Both the position numbers and the translations under genes were made by a program. A stretch of 64,000 nt of DNA. It comes from Pirellulaceae bacterium (GTDB lineage: Bacteria > Planctomycetota > Planctomycetia > Pirellulales > Pirellulaceae). The stretch spans positions 11,626 through 75,625 of the forward strand of contig JANQLU010000130.1 in assembly GCA_028280445.1 (NCBI GenBank), given 5' to 3'. This document shows, in pieces, positions 37,035 to 45,620 of the stretch; position 1 is the first letter of the stretch; the number at the start of each line of letters is the position of its first letter. The notes beneath the pieces are model-generated. The model did not search any database and had not been told where the DNA came from. It saw nothing but the letters and a program-made list of their open reading frames with translations.

Positions 37035-38180
37035 CTAGCTTTCGCGAATTTGGAAATAACTTTCGTAACGTCGGACGTCGATTTGGTTGTCAGCGACGGC
37101 ATCTTTGACGGCACAGTGGTCTTCGTGAATGTGTGTGCAATCTGGAAATTTGCAAAGTCCCACATAGGGACGAATGTCGCGGAAAAACCCATCGACTTCT
37201 TCTGGCACAATGTCCCATAGCTGAAACTGTCGAATCCCGGGAGTGTCAATGATGTGGCCGCCCATGCTCAAACCGATCAATTGCGCTGACGTTGTTGTGT
37301 GTCGCCCTTTTTGATTATCGCTGCTGACTCGGCCGACGCGCAGATTGAGTCCCGGCTCGATCGCGTTGAGCAACGATGATTTACCGACACCGCTTTGACC
37401 ACAAACGACACTGTCTTTTCCCCGCAGCAATTGTTGCAGATGGGCGATGCCAATATTTTTCGTTGCGGAAACAAACACCACTTGGTAACCAAGTTGACCC
37501 CATACTCCGGCGACCGGTTGCAAATCTGAGGGAGGCACCAGGTCTATTTTGTTTATGCAGATGATCGGTTGGATTTTTGATTTTTCAGCCGAAACCAAAA
37601 ACCGGTCGACCAGATTGGGCTTGAGGCCTGGTTCGGCGGCGCTGGCCATGATCAAAATTTGATCGACGTTGGAAACGATCACGTGCTGACGCGAACGGCT
37701 GGTGCGACTGATAAAATTTCGACGGGGTTCGACGCTGGCGATCACGCCCTGGTCCTGATCGCCAATCGGTTCGAACATCACATCGTCACCGGCAACGACA
37801 ACATTTTGTAAATCCGTCGCCAAAGATTTCAGCACACCGCGAATCGCACACGTATAGATTTTCCCAGATTCGTCTTTGACATCGGAATTTAGTCCGCGGA
37901 CCGACAGCACTCGACCGCGGCGACAGACATCCGTATTGACCGCCAATTGAACTTGAAAAGCCGAGTCTTCACTTTCTGCTTCCGAGCCGACCACCGTTCG
38001 ATGGCGGCGCAGCTGACTGCGTCCGGTCACACGTTCTCCGGACGACATATTTTCTAGCTCTTCGTCTTCCGCATTCTGTTGGTACTGGCGGGTCAAATCA
38101 TGTTTGCGGACCCGTGTCTCATGTTTCTTGCGAAACTCAGCTCGGACTTTTTTATTCTTCTTTTTCTTTTTTTTGGCCAT
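37035..38180 (-). CDS. rsgA: Ribosome small-subunit-dependent GTPase A (RsgA/EngC) with a Lys/Arg-rich N-terminal extension
   Basis: The circularly permuted GTPase has 'DQILIM' (G4), then 'VVCGQSGVGKSSLLNAI' (G1) and 'DTPG' (G3). The C-terminal zinc finger is 'CKFPDCTHIHEDHCAV'. Confidence 0.85.
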   Translation of the reverse strand: MAKKKKKKNKKVRAEFRKKHETRVRKHDLTRQYQQNAEDEELENMSSGERVTGRSQLRRHRTVVGSEAESEDSAFQVQLAVNTDVCRRGRVLSVRGLNSDVKDESGKIYTCAIRGVLKSLATDLQNVVVAGDDVMFEPIGDQDQGVIASVEPRRNFISRTSRSRQHVIVSNVDQILIMASAAEPGLKPNLVDRFLVSAEKSKIQPIICINKIDLVPPSDLQPVAGVWGQLGYQVVFVSATKNIGIAHLQQLLRGKDSVVCGQSGVGKSSLLNAIEPGLNLRVGRVSSDNQKGRHTTTSAQLIGLSMGGHIIDTPGIRQFQLWDIVPEEVDGFFRDIRPYVGLCKFPDCTHIHEDHCAVKDAVADNQIDVRRYESYFQIRES

Positions 38181-38214
38181 GCAAATTTGCGTTTAGCTCA
38201 ACGTATGTTTTTTA

Positions 38215-38270
38215 GTAGGGCCGGTTCCCACCGGCCGATCCAATTCATGGCCGGTGGGAACCGGCCCTAC
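38215..38270. repeat. Family-1 REP-like hairpin
   Basis: GTAGGGCCGGTTCCCACCGGCC-gatccaattcat-GGCCGGTGGGAACCGGCCCTAC, perfect 22-bp stem. Confidence 0.7.
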
Positions 38271-38687
38271 TCGATTTTTGGGATATCGATACTGTTGTCT
38301 CATTATTTCTGAGGAGTTTGTTAAATAAAAGTTCGGACGCTTTGAGACCGCTGCCATCATCAACCACTAACTACCCTTTACCGTCAACTCACCCAACCGT
38401 CCATGACGCCGCGAAGTATTGATTTGTGATTATTCATCTGCCATCCATTATGTACGCAATTGCGATGGCTTCTCTGCCCTAGGTCCGATTTCTAAAATGT
38501 ATTTGGAACGATCCTGTTTTGCGAGTCACTTGGAATCGCCAACGTTGATTTTGAGTGCCGCACCAAAAATTCAATACAACTGTTAAATCTTAACTTTTTT
38601 AATGCGAATCGATCTTTTTGAATTCATAAGACGATCTAAGATTGGAAGTAATAGAAGCAGATTTAGAAAAAAACGTCTCGATTTACT

Positions 38688-40382
38688 GTGACTGCTGAGC
38701 CCAAGATTATTCACCTGACGAGCGCACCCAACCAATCGGATATTCTTTTGGCGGGCTTGGGGAACGAAGTTGTGACGGTGAATTGTCTGGAGTCCGCCAT
38801 CGACAAAATATCGACGGTCGATTGTTCGGCGATTTATGTCGACCCCGAAATTGTCAAACAGTCGGGTGCAACGCTTTTTAGTCAGCATCGCATATTGAAT
38901 CAGATTCCCGACGGCGTGGCATTGCTCGATTGCGAGAACAAGATTTGCTGGGCAAACCAAAGGCTGATTAGTTGGTTCGAAAACCGAAAACTAGTCGGCC
39001 TTAATTTTTATGAAGCGATCGGCAAACCCGATATTCTGGGACCGTCACCCAGCCCGTGCACGATGGCGTTTGCCGGCAAGCGAATGTGCAAAAGCATGCT
39101 CACGTTTCCCGGGCCAAAGTATTTTGAATTGACGGCGATTCCATTGTTGGAAAACGGCTCCGAGGCGACGCACTTGGTGGCGACTTTGCGTGATGTCACC
39201 GAAGAGAAAAACGAACGCGACAAACTTCAAGCGTTGCATCGAGCGGGACTGGAATTGGCCGATCTGACTCCCGAAGAAATCTACGAAATGGATGTCGAAG
39301 AGCGAATCGAGTTGCTCAAGTCAAACATTTTGCATTACACACAACATTTGCTGAATTTCAATGTTGTTGAAATCCGGTTGCTGGAACAGCAGACCAACCG
39401 ACTGGTTCCCCTGATTTCGGTGGGCATTGATTCCGAAGTCAGCAAACGACCGATTTATGCCGAAGCGCGCGGCAACGGAGTGACGGGATTTGTGGTCGCG
39501 ACTGGCAAAAGTTATCTCTGTGAAGACACGAGCAACGATCCGTTATACCTGGACGGTTTGATCGGCGCTCGAAGTTCGTTGACCGTGCCGCTGATTTGCC
39601 ACGACCAGGTGATTGGATCGTTCAACGTTGAAAGTCCCAATACCAGCGAATTTGATGAAAGCGATTTGCAGTTTTTAGAGATCTTTGCCCGGGATGTTGC
39701 TGTCGCGTTGAATTCGCTCGAATTGTTGGTGGCCCAACGAGCCAATACAGCCAAGCAAAGTATCGAAGCGATCTACAGTGCCGTTGCGTTGCCGATTGAC
39801 GAAATACTCAACGATACCGTGCACGTCATCGAAGATTTTATGGGCCACAAACCGGATATCGCCAAACGTTTGCGCGGGATTCTGCAAAATGCACGCGTGA
39901 TCAAACAAACGATCCAAAAAGTTGGAGCCAAGATCGCGCCGGAACATGAAAGCAAAAACCCCAACGAGCGGCCTTTGTTGCGGGGAAAACGGCTGTTGGT
40001 GATCGACAATGACGAAGAGGTCCGCAACAGCGCCCATTTGATCTTGGAAAAATATGGCTGCGAAGTGGAAACGGCCCACGAAGGCAGCGAGGCGATCCTG
40101 ATGATTCGCAACTGCAGTCCCAGCGAGAATTATTCGGCAATCATTGCCGACATCCGCTTGCCTGATGTAAGCGGTTATGAATTCCTGTTGCAGTTGAAAG
40201 AAATCATGGATGATCCTCCATTGGTGCTGATGACGGGATTTGGCTACGATCCCGGGCACGCCATTGTCAAAGCTCGCAAAGCCGGGTTGCCACCCAACGC
40301 GATTCTCTACAAACCGTTCCGTCTCGATCAACTGCTGGAAACGGTCGAATCCATCGTTTCCAAAAAATGTGAATCCGACTAA
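38688..40382 (+). CDS. PAS-GAF-receiver multidomain response regulator (no output domain)
   Basis: PAS-like 'ILNQIPDGVALLDCENKICWANQRLISWF'. GAF-like 'SLTVPLICHDQVIGSFNVES'. The C-terminal receiver is 'LLVIDNDEEVRNSAHLILEKYGCEV...ADIRLPDVSGYEFL...VLMTGFG'. Confidence 0.65.
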   Translation: MTAEPKIIHLTSAPNQSDILLAGLGNEVVTVNCLESAIDKISTVDCSAIYVDPEIVKQSGATLFSQHRILNQIPDGVALLDCENKICWANQRLISWFENRKLVGLNFYEAIGKPDILGPSPSPCTMAFAGKRMCKSMLTFPGPKYFELTAIPLLENGSEATHLVATLRDVTEEKNERDKLQALHRAGLELADLTPEEIYEMDVEERIELLKSNILHYTQHLLNFNVVEIRLLEQQTNRLVPLISVGIDSEVSKRPIYAEARGNGVTGFVVATGKSYLCEDTSNDPLYLDGLIGARSSLTVPLICHDQVIGSFNVESPNTSEFDESDLQFLEIFARDVAVALNSLELLVAQRANTAKQSIEAIYSAVALPIDEILNDTVHVIEDFMGHKPDIAKRLRGILQNARVIKQTIQKVGAKIAPEHESKNPNERPLLRGKRLLVIDNDEEVRNSAHLILEKYGCEVETAHEGSEAILMIRNCSPSENYSAIIADIRLPDVSGYEFLLQLKEIMDDPPLVLMTGFGYDPGHAIVKARKAGLPPNAILYKPFRLDQLLETVESIVSKKCESD

Positions 40383-40411
40383 CGGATCTTAACCAGGACG
40401 GTTCTTAAAAA

Positions 40412-41572
40412 ATGGTTTGGGATTGGCTGTTGTTTCCGATCATCATCTTGGGGCATGGGGGAACGTGGTGTGCCGTTTACAACTATACGCACGCGACCGC
40501 GATGGCGCGCAAGACGCGCAAAATCGTCGAAAAATTTATCTTGTTGTTCTTGTTCGTCGCATTTGTATTGATGTTCTATCGTCGGCTGCAAGGGTACGTC
40601 CTGGGAATCGCCGCATGGGAATTTTGGCCGCCGTTGTTTGTCTATGAAATCTACTGCCTGGCGTTTGGAGCAATTTGGACGGGATGGTGGGGCTGCCGAA
40701 AATTGTTATCGCGAAAGCCTGCTGAGTTGACAGGTCATACACGGGAAACGTTCAAAGTAAAAGCGGTTGATGGACCGCTACTTTGTACATGGGATGCACG
40801 GTTACTCGGAGCTATTCCAGGAAACCAGTCGACACAGATTTGTGTTGAAAAAAAACAACTGACGCTCGATACGCTGCCGCGGGAACTGGATTCGCTGGTC
40901 ATCAGCCATCTGTCCGATTTACATTTTACCGGCAAACTTTCCAAACAGTTTTATTCCGAAATCACTCGGCTATCCAACGAGTCGAATCCAGACATCGTCG
41001 TGATCAGCGGCGACATTGTCGATGCCGAGCATTGTATCGAATGGATTGAACCGACATTGGGTCCGCTCACCGCAACATACAAAAAATATTTTGTTCTCGG
41101 CAATCATGATCGGCGTGTTTCGAATCCTGACAAAATTCGCGATGCGATGAAAGCGATTGGTTTCGAACCGGCGCCGGGTCGTTGGATACCAACGGAAATC
41201 AATGGTGCTGGTTTGTTTGTCGCTGGAAACGAACTGCCGTGGTTTTACGGTGCCGAAACGCTCAAAGTTTTTCAGCGCCAATCGGACAACGAATTTTCAT
41301 TGTTGATCAGCCACTCGCCCGACCAATTTCAATTTGCCGTTGAACACCAGGTCGATTTAGTTTTGGCAGGTCACACCCACGGTGGGCAGATTCGGTTTCC
41401 AGTGATCGGGCCTGTCGTAGCTCCATCAAAGCATGGTGTGAAATACGCTTCGGGACTGTTCCGAAATCAAGACACCGTGATGCACGTATCTCGCGGGTTG
41501 GCAGGTGACGACATCATTCGCATCAATTGTCCGCCTGAACTGGCGATTCTGGAATTGAATGCCGGCAGTTAG
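40412..41572 (+). CDS. Membrane-anchored metallophosphoesterase (calcineurin-like)
   Basis: N-terminal TM helices, then 'ISHLSDLHF', 'VISGDIVD', 'GNHD' and 'GHTHGGQ' phosphoesterase motifs. Confidence 0.75.
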   Translation: MVWDWLLFPIIILGHGGTWCAVYNYTHATAMARKTRKIVEKFILLFLFVAFVLMFYRRLQGYVLGIAAWEFWPPLFVYEIYCLAFGAIWTGWWGCRKLLSRKPAELTGHTRETFKVKAVDGPLLCTWDARLLGAIPGNQSTQICVEKKQLTLDTLPRELDSLVISHLSDLHFTGKLSKQFYSEITRLSNESNPDIVVISGDIVDAEHCIEWIEPTLGPLTATYKKYFVLGNHDRRVSNPDKIRDAMKAIGFEPAPGRWIPTEINGAGLFVAGNELPWFYGAETLKVFQRQSDNEFSLLISHSPDQFQFAVEHQVDLVLAGHTHGGQIRFPVIGPVVAPSKHGVKYASGLFRNQDTVMHVSRGLAGDDIIRINCPPELAILELNAGS

Positions 41573-42354
41573 ACCCCGAGTGATTTCCAAAGCCGCTCAA
41601 ATTCCTGCGAAAACTGGTGAATCAAGGTGCCGTCGTCGGTCACAACCAGATTTTCTTCGTTGTTGCGCGACGCACTAACCGTCCAATTGAAACTGCCCGT
41701 TAACAACTGTTTGGAGTCAAAAATGGCGAACTTGTGATGCATGTGAAATGACGTATGGTCCTTGCGAACTTCGATGCCGCGATTAGCCAATTGATCGACG
41801 TCCGAGCCCAGATCATTCGCTTTGTCGTTGTCCGAGATGATACGAATGCGAACCCCCCGTCGGTGTGCATCATAGATTTCATCTGAAATCCGATTGTCGG
41901 TGATCGTAAAGACACAAATCTGGATTGATTTTCTCGCCATTTTGATGTGGGTCTGAATTCTTCCCGAACAGTCGTCGTTGGGGCTGAACAGCACCGCTGA
42001 TTTCGATTTTGACTGTTGGTCGGATTCTGTCAGCAAGATTTTTGTTAAATCTTCGAGCCATTGGACGACGGCTTTGGAATTTGAATCGATCAATTCGTCC
42101 CGGGCCAAATCGAAAGCTTCGCTGCGAACCAGCGGAAGTTTGCCGGTGCGTTTCCATTGTTCGACATACGGCCGCAGTGCTTTTTTTTCGCTACGACTGA
42201 CTTTGTAATCCTCGAGTGTCTTTACAAGCATTTCACGAATATTACCGCTGGACATTTTTAATTCGCTCTTTTCGTTCCGATCTTCCGATAAATGAACTGT
42301 CATTAAATCTTGGCGGACACGCCTCGATTGGCAATAATAATAAGGGTAAACCAT
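41569..42354 (-). CDS. Phospholipase D-like (single HKD) domain protein, Nuc-like nuclease family
   Basis: 'FHMHHKFAIFDSKQLLTGSFNWTVSASRNNEEN' is an HxK(x)4D(x)6GSxN motif. The true start is probably an internal Met (42303 or 42255). It overlaps the convergent metallophosphoesterase gene by 4 bp. Confidence 0.65.
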   Translation of the reverse strand: MVYPYYYCQSRRVRQDLMTVHLSEDRNEKSELKMSSGNIREMLVKTLEDYKVSRSEKKALRPYVEQWKRTGKLPLVRSEAFDLARDELIDSNSKAVVQWLEDLTKILLTESDQQSKSKSAVLFSPNDDCSGRIQTHIKMARKSIQICVFTITDNRISDEIYDAHRRGVRIRIISDNDKANDLGSDVDQLANRGIEVRKDHTSFHMHHKFAIFDSKQLLTGSFNWTVSASRNNEENLVVTDDGTLIHQFSQEFERLWKSLGV

Positions 42355-43526
42355 CCGCCTGCAATATTTACTGGAGCGGTCAACTGTCTGCTTTGCTGAA
42401 TCGCCGAAATCTGTTTTTGTCCTTCGTCGCTTTGTTCATTTTGCGGTTTGCCATCGGGTACCATTTTTTTCACGAAGGCACGGTCAAGCGAACGGCCGGT
42501 GATTTTAATGCGAAATATTTTTTGTTAGCGGCCAAAGGCCCGTTGGCGGAGCATTTTCATTCGATCGTGGATGATCACGACGGCAAATTGCGATTGTGTT
42601 ATAGCGAAAAAATCGACGAACAGGGCAATCGAAAAGCAACACTGGACCCTCAATTGACATTTCTGTTTTGGCGGCAATTTTTGAACGACGCCGACGAAAA
42701 ATATAATTTTGGATCCGATGAATCTGTCCGCAAAATCGAAAAACGGCTTGGCGTGATCGCCGAAGAGTTGCGGCAGGCGCGAAATTCCGACCCGATTGAC
42801 AATTCTGAAGTCGCCCGGCTGGAGTACGAAGAAAAAAGACTATTGGCCGATGTCATAGAAATGCGCGGTCAAGGTCAAGAGATCGCCGCTAACGACATTA
42901 TTGATTCCTATGAAAAACGTCTCAGCGAATACTTGGAGTCGAACAAAGAAGAAATATTGGCGTATTTCGCGGGTGAAAAACGTGCAGAAGGATTTGATCG
43001 TGACGGCCCCAATCAAACCGACGTTTCCAACCGTGTCGAGTCGCTATTGGGACAAAAAAAAGCGATTCAATCCGACCGGCAAAAAAAAGCCACCGAATGG
43101 CTCACCGATATCGAAAATCTCTGGAACGGGCTGGAACACGATTTGAATCAATTAGCCAGTGCCGAGCAAAAGCGCGGTGGAACTGCCCAGTTGTACCGGC
43201 CATTCGATCCGCCCAATTCAAAACTTCGCATGATCAATCGAGTCGTTCCGTGGTTCGATACTATAATAGGTGTATTGTTGATGGTGGGATTGTTTACCCG
43301 GATCTCATCATTGCTGAGTGCAGGTTTTCTGGTTTCGGTTATTGCCACCCAGCCACCTTGGGTGCTCGGTGTGGAACCCACATTTTACCAGTGCATTGAA
43401 TTAGCCGGGTTGCTCGTCGTGTTGGCGGCCTGCGCCGGACGATGCGGCGGCATCGATTACTTTATTCACAAACTTTGGCATTCCTACAGAAAAGAATCGG
43501 TTTCAGAAAATGGATATCACTCCTGA
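42216..43526 (+). CDS. DoxX-like membrane protein with a large soluble insert; start uncertain
   Basis: TM helices lie at ~residues 60-85 and 380-420 ('VVPWFDTIIGVLLMVGLFTRISSLLSAGFLVSVIAT'). The first 139 nt overlap the PLD-like gene on the other strand. An in-frame TTG at 42393 is an alternative start. Confidence 0.35.
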   Translation: MSLQAFHEYYRWTFLIRSFRSDLPINELSLNLGGHASIGNNNKGKPSACNIYWSGQLSALLNRRNLFLSFVALFILRFAIGYHFFHEGTVKRTAGDFNAKYFLLAAKGPLAEHFHSIVDDHDGKLRLCYSEKIDEQGNRKATLDPQLTFLFWRQFLNDADEKYNFGSDESVRKIEKRLGVIAEELRQARNSDPIDNSEVARLEYEEKRLLADVIEMRGQGQEIAANDIIDSYEKRLSEYLESNKEEILAYFAGEKRAEGFDRDGPNQTDVSNRVESLLGQKKAIQSDRQKKATEWLTDIENLWNGLEHDLNQLASAEQKRGGTAQLYRPFDPPNSKLRMINRVVPWFDTIIGVLLMVGLFTRISSLLSAGFLVSVIATQPPWVLGVEPTFYQCIELAGLLVVLAACAGRCGGIDYFIHKLWHSYRKESVSENGYHS

Positions 43527-45327
43527 AGAACGTGAAGTTGGGCGAGAAAATTATCACAGCGCGGTAACGGCTTACGAAAAATTCCACCGACGCGACTTTC
43601 TGCGAAACACGATTGCCGGCGGTGCCGCGATCGCTGGCGGTTTGGGCGCGATGTATTTCAGTTACGCGCAGCCACAGCGTCCCGTTCGTGTTTGCGTGAT
43701 CGGGACTGGCGACGAAGGTGGCGTGCTGATCGGTGCGTTGAATCCCAAATATGTCGACGTGGTCAGTATTTGCGACATTCGACCGTCGAGTATTCATCGC
43801 GCGTTTCACGGCGACTGGAGCACAGCAAATACTAGAAAACACCGACCCGGTTTGATGAAGGTTTACGGCTGGAAAACCGAAGACAAGGCGAAAGAGAAAG
43901 TCAAAATCTATTCGGACTACAAACAAGCCATTAGCGATCCGGCGGTCGAAGCGATCATTATCGCACTCCCACTTCATTTGCACGCTCCGGTTGCTGTCGA
44001 AGCGATGAAAAAAGGCAAGCATGTGATGTGTGAAAAATTGATGGCTCACAATGTTGCCCAGTGTAAATTGATGGCGCAAACCGCCGAAGCCGAGCGTACC
44101 GTGCTGTCGGTTGGACACCAGCGGCATTACAGCTTGCTCTATGACAACGCGGTCAAGTTGATTCAATGGGGTTTGCTCGGTCAAATCCACCATATTCGCG
44201 CTCAATGGCACCGAGGCAATTTGCCCGGCAAAGATACGTGGTGCCCAGCACTGCCTGGCGGCGAAGTGATTGTCGGTACGAACAAACGCATTGATAAAAT
44301 TGCCGACGATATTGCCAAAATAAAGCAGGATTTAAAATCAGCAAAAGGTAGCCAGGTCGAACAGCTGCAAAAGAAATTGGCGCAGTGGGAACAGTTGGAC
44401 CTCGACCAAACGGTTGACGCCGCCAAATACGGCTACGAAGAGATTGAGTTCGAAGGTCGAAAACGGACGGCGCTCGAGGAGTTGTTGCGATGGCGATTGT
44501 GGAATCGTACGGGCGGTGGATTGATGGCCGAACTGGGCAGTCACCAACTCGACGCGGCCAGTATTTTCATCTCGGCGCTCAGCGGAGATCCTAACAAAAA
44601 AGTGCATCCACTAAATGTTCATGCGGTTGGCGGACGCCATTTGTTCCCCAAAGATCGTGATGCCGAAGATCACGTTTACTGCATGTTTGAATTCCCGGGG
44701 CAAAAATATGATTACGATTTCCCCGTTGGTTATCGAGACGTGGTCAACCAAGTGCCTGATAAAAAGAAAGGGATTGAGTCGTTCCACAATGATGACGACA
44801 AAAAAATCGTGGTGACTTATTCGTCCATCAACGGCAATGGCTTTGGAGGATATGGCGAAGTTGTGATGGGCACGCGCGGAACTATCGTTCTCGAACGTGA
44901 GCGCGACGTGATGCTGTACAAGAAAGCCAGCAAATCGGCGAAGGCTGGCGTCAAAGTTGATAGAAAAGGCACGCCGACAATCGATACGACCGAAAGTGGC
45001 GATCCCGCTCCATCACAAAACGCGGCGGGCAGCGGTCCGGTCAGTCGTGGTTACAAAGAGGAAATCGAACACTGGGCATACTGTATTGAATCCAAAGACT
45101 GGAGTAATCAACCTCGCTGTAACGGCAAAGTCGCCCTGGGCGATGCGGTGATTGCGTTAGTCGCCAAACAGGCAATCGCTAACTCGCGAACTCCAGGCAA
45201 ACACGGCTTTGTCGAATTCAAGCCCGAGTGGTTCGATTACAAAAACCCTGAAGTGCCAGAAGCGACCGACACGAATTCATCGGCTGCAATTATCGAACGC
45301 GAAAAACGCAACCTCGGCTTGGCCTAG
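43510..45327 (+). CDS. Gfo/Idh/MocA-family NAD(P)-dependent oxidoreductase, Tat-exported, with a long insertion
   Basis: 'HRRDFLRNTIAGGAAIAGGLGAMYF' is a Tat signal. 'VRVCVIGTGDEGGVLIGAL' is the Rossmann GxGxxG. 605 aa. Confidence 0.75.
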   Translation: MDITPEEREVGRENYHSAVTAYEKFHRRDFLRNTIAGGAAIAGGLGAMYFSYAQPQRPVRVCVIGTGDEGGVLIGALNPKYVDVVSICDIRPSSIHRAFHGDWSTANTRKHRPGLMKVYGWKTEDKAKEKVKIYSDYKQAISDPAVEAIIIALPLHLHAPVAVEAMKKGKHVMCEKLMAHNVAQCKLMAQTAEAERTVLSVGHQRHYSLLYDNAVKLIQWGLLGQIHHIRAQWHRGNLPGKDTWCPALPGGEVIVGTNKRIDKIADDIAKIKQDLKSAKGSQVEQLQKKLAQWEQLDLDQTVDAAKYGYEEIEFEGRKRTALEELLRWRLWNRTGGGLMAELGSHQLDAASIFISALSGDPNKKVHPLNVHAVGGRHLFPKDRDAEDHVYCMFEFPGQKYDYDFPVGYRDVVNQVPDKKKGIESFHNDDDKKIVVTYSSINGNGFGGYGEVVMGTRGTIVLERERDVMLYKKASKSAKAGVKVDRKGTPTIDTTESGDPAPSQNAAGSGPVSRGYKEEIEHWAYCIESKDWSNQPRCNGKVALGDAVIALVAKQAIANSRTPGKHGFVEFKPEWFDYKNPEVPEATDTNSSAAIIEREKRNLGLA

Positions 45328-45328
45328 T

Positions 45329-45385
45329 GTAGGGCCGGTTCCCACCGGCCAATCGAATGAACCGGCCGGTAGGAACCGGCCCTAC
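45329..45385. repeat. Family-1 REP-like hairpin
   Basis: GTAGGGCCGGTTCCCACCGGCC-aatcgaatgaacc-GGCCGGTAGGAACCGGCCCTAC, directly after the oxidoreductase stop. Confidence 0.7.
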
Positions 45386-45430
45386 TTGATGTGATTTTAC
45401 GGGATAATCGCAAGTGCGAAGCGTACGCAA

Positions 45431-45543
45431 GGGTGCCACTGGCTCAGCCAGTGATTTGCGTATCAGCTCACGGTTTTTCATTCAATTGACCTACTTATCA
45501 AACACTATCCAAACACAGCACTGGCGAAGCCAGTGGCACCCGC
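45431..45543. repeat. Family-3 structured repeat (copy 2)
   Basis: GGGTGCCACTGGC-TCA-GCCAGTGATT ... CACTGGCGAAGCCAGTGGCACCC; compare 4327-4503. Confidence 0.55.
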
Positions 45544-45564
45544 AATTTTTTAATTCGCTTAAAT

Positions 45565-45618
45565 GGGCTGGTTCCCAACGGCCAATCGAATGAACCGGCC
45601 GGTAGGAACCGGCCCTAC
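45565..45618. repeat. Family-1 REP-like hairpin (left arm degenerate)
   Basis: GGGCTGGTTCCCAACGGCC-aatcgaatgaacc-GGCCGGTAGGAACCGGCCCTAC. The loop is identical to that of the copy at 45329. Confidence 0.6.
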
Positions 45619-45620
45619 GA

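Noticed and set aside
39675-40331. Antisense ORFs inside confident genes (39675..40331 -, 43462..44211 -, 8981..9580 +, 2519..3355 +, 18587..19039 -, 19243..19698 -)
   Set aside because: Each is fully embedded in a gene with strong domain evidence on the other strand and shows no motif or signal of its own.
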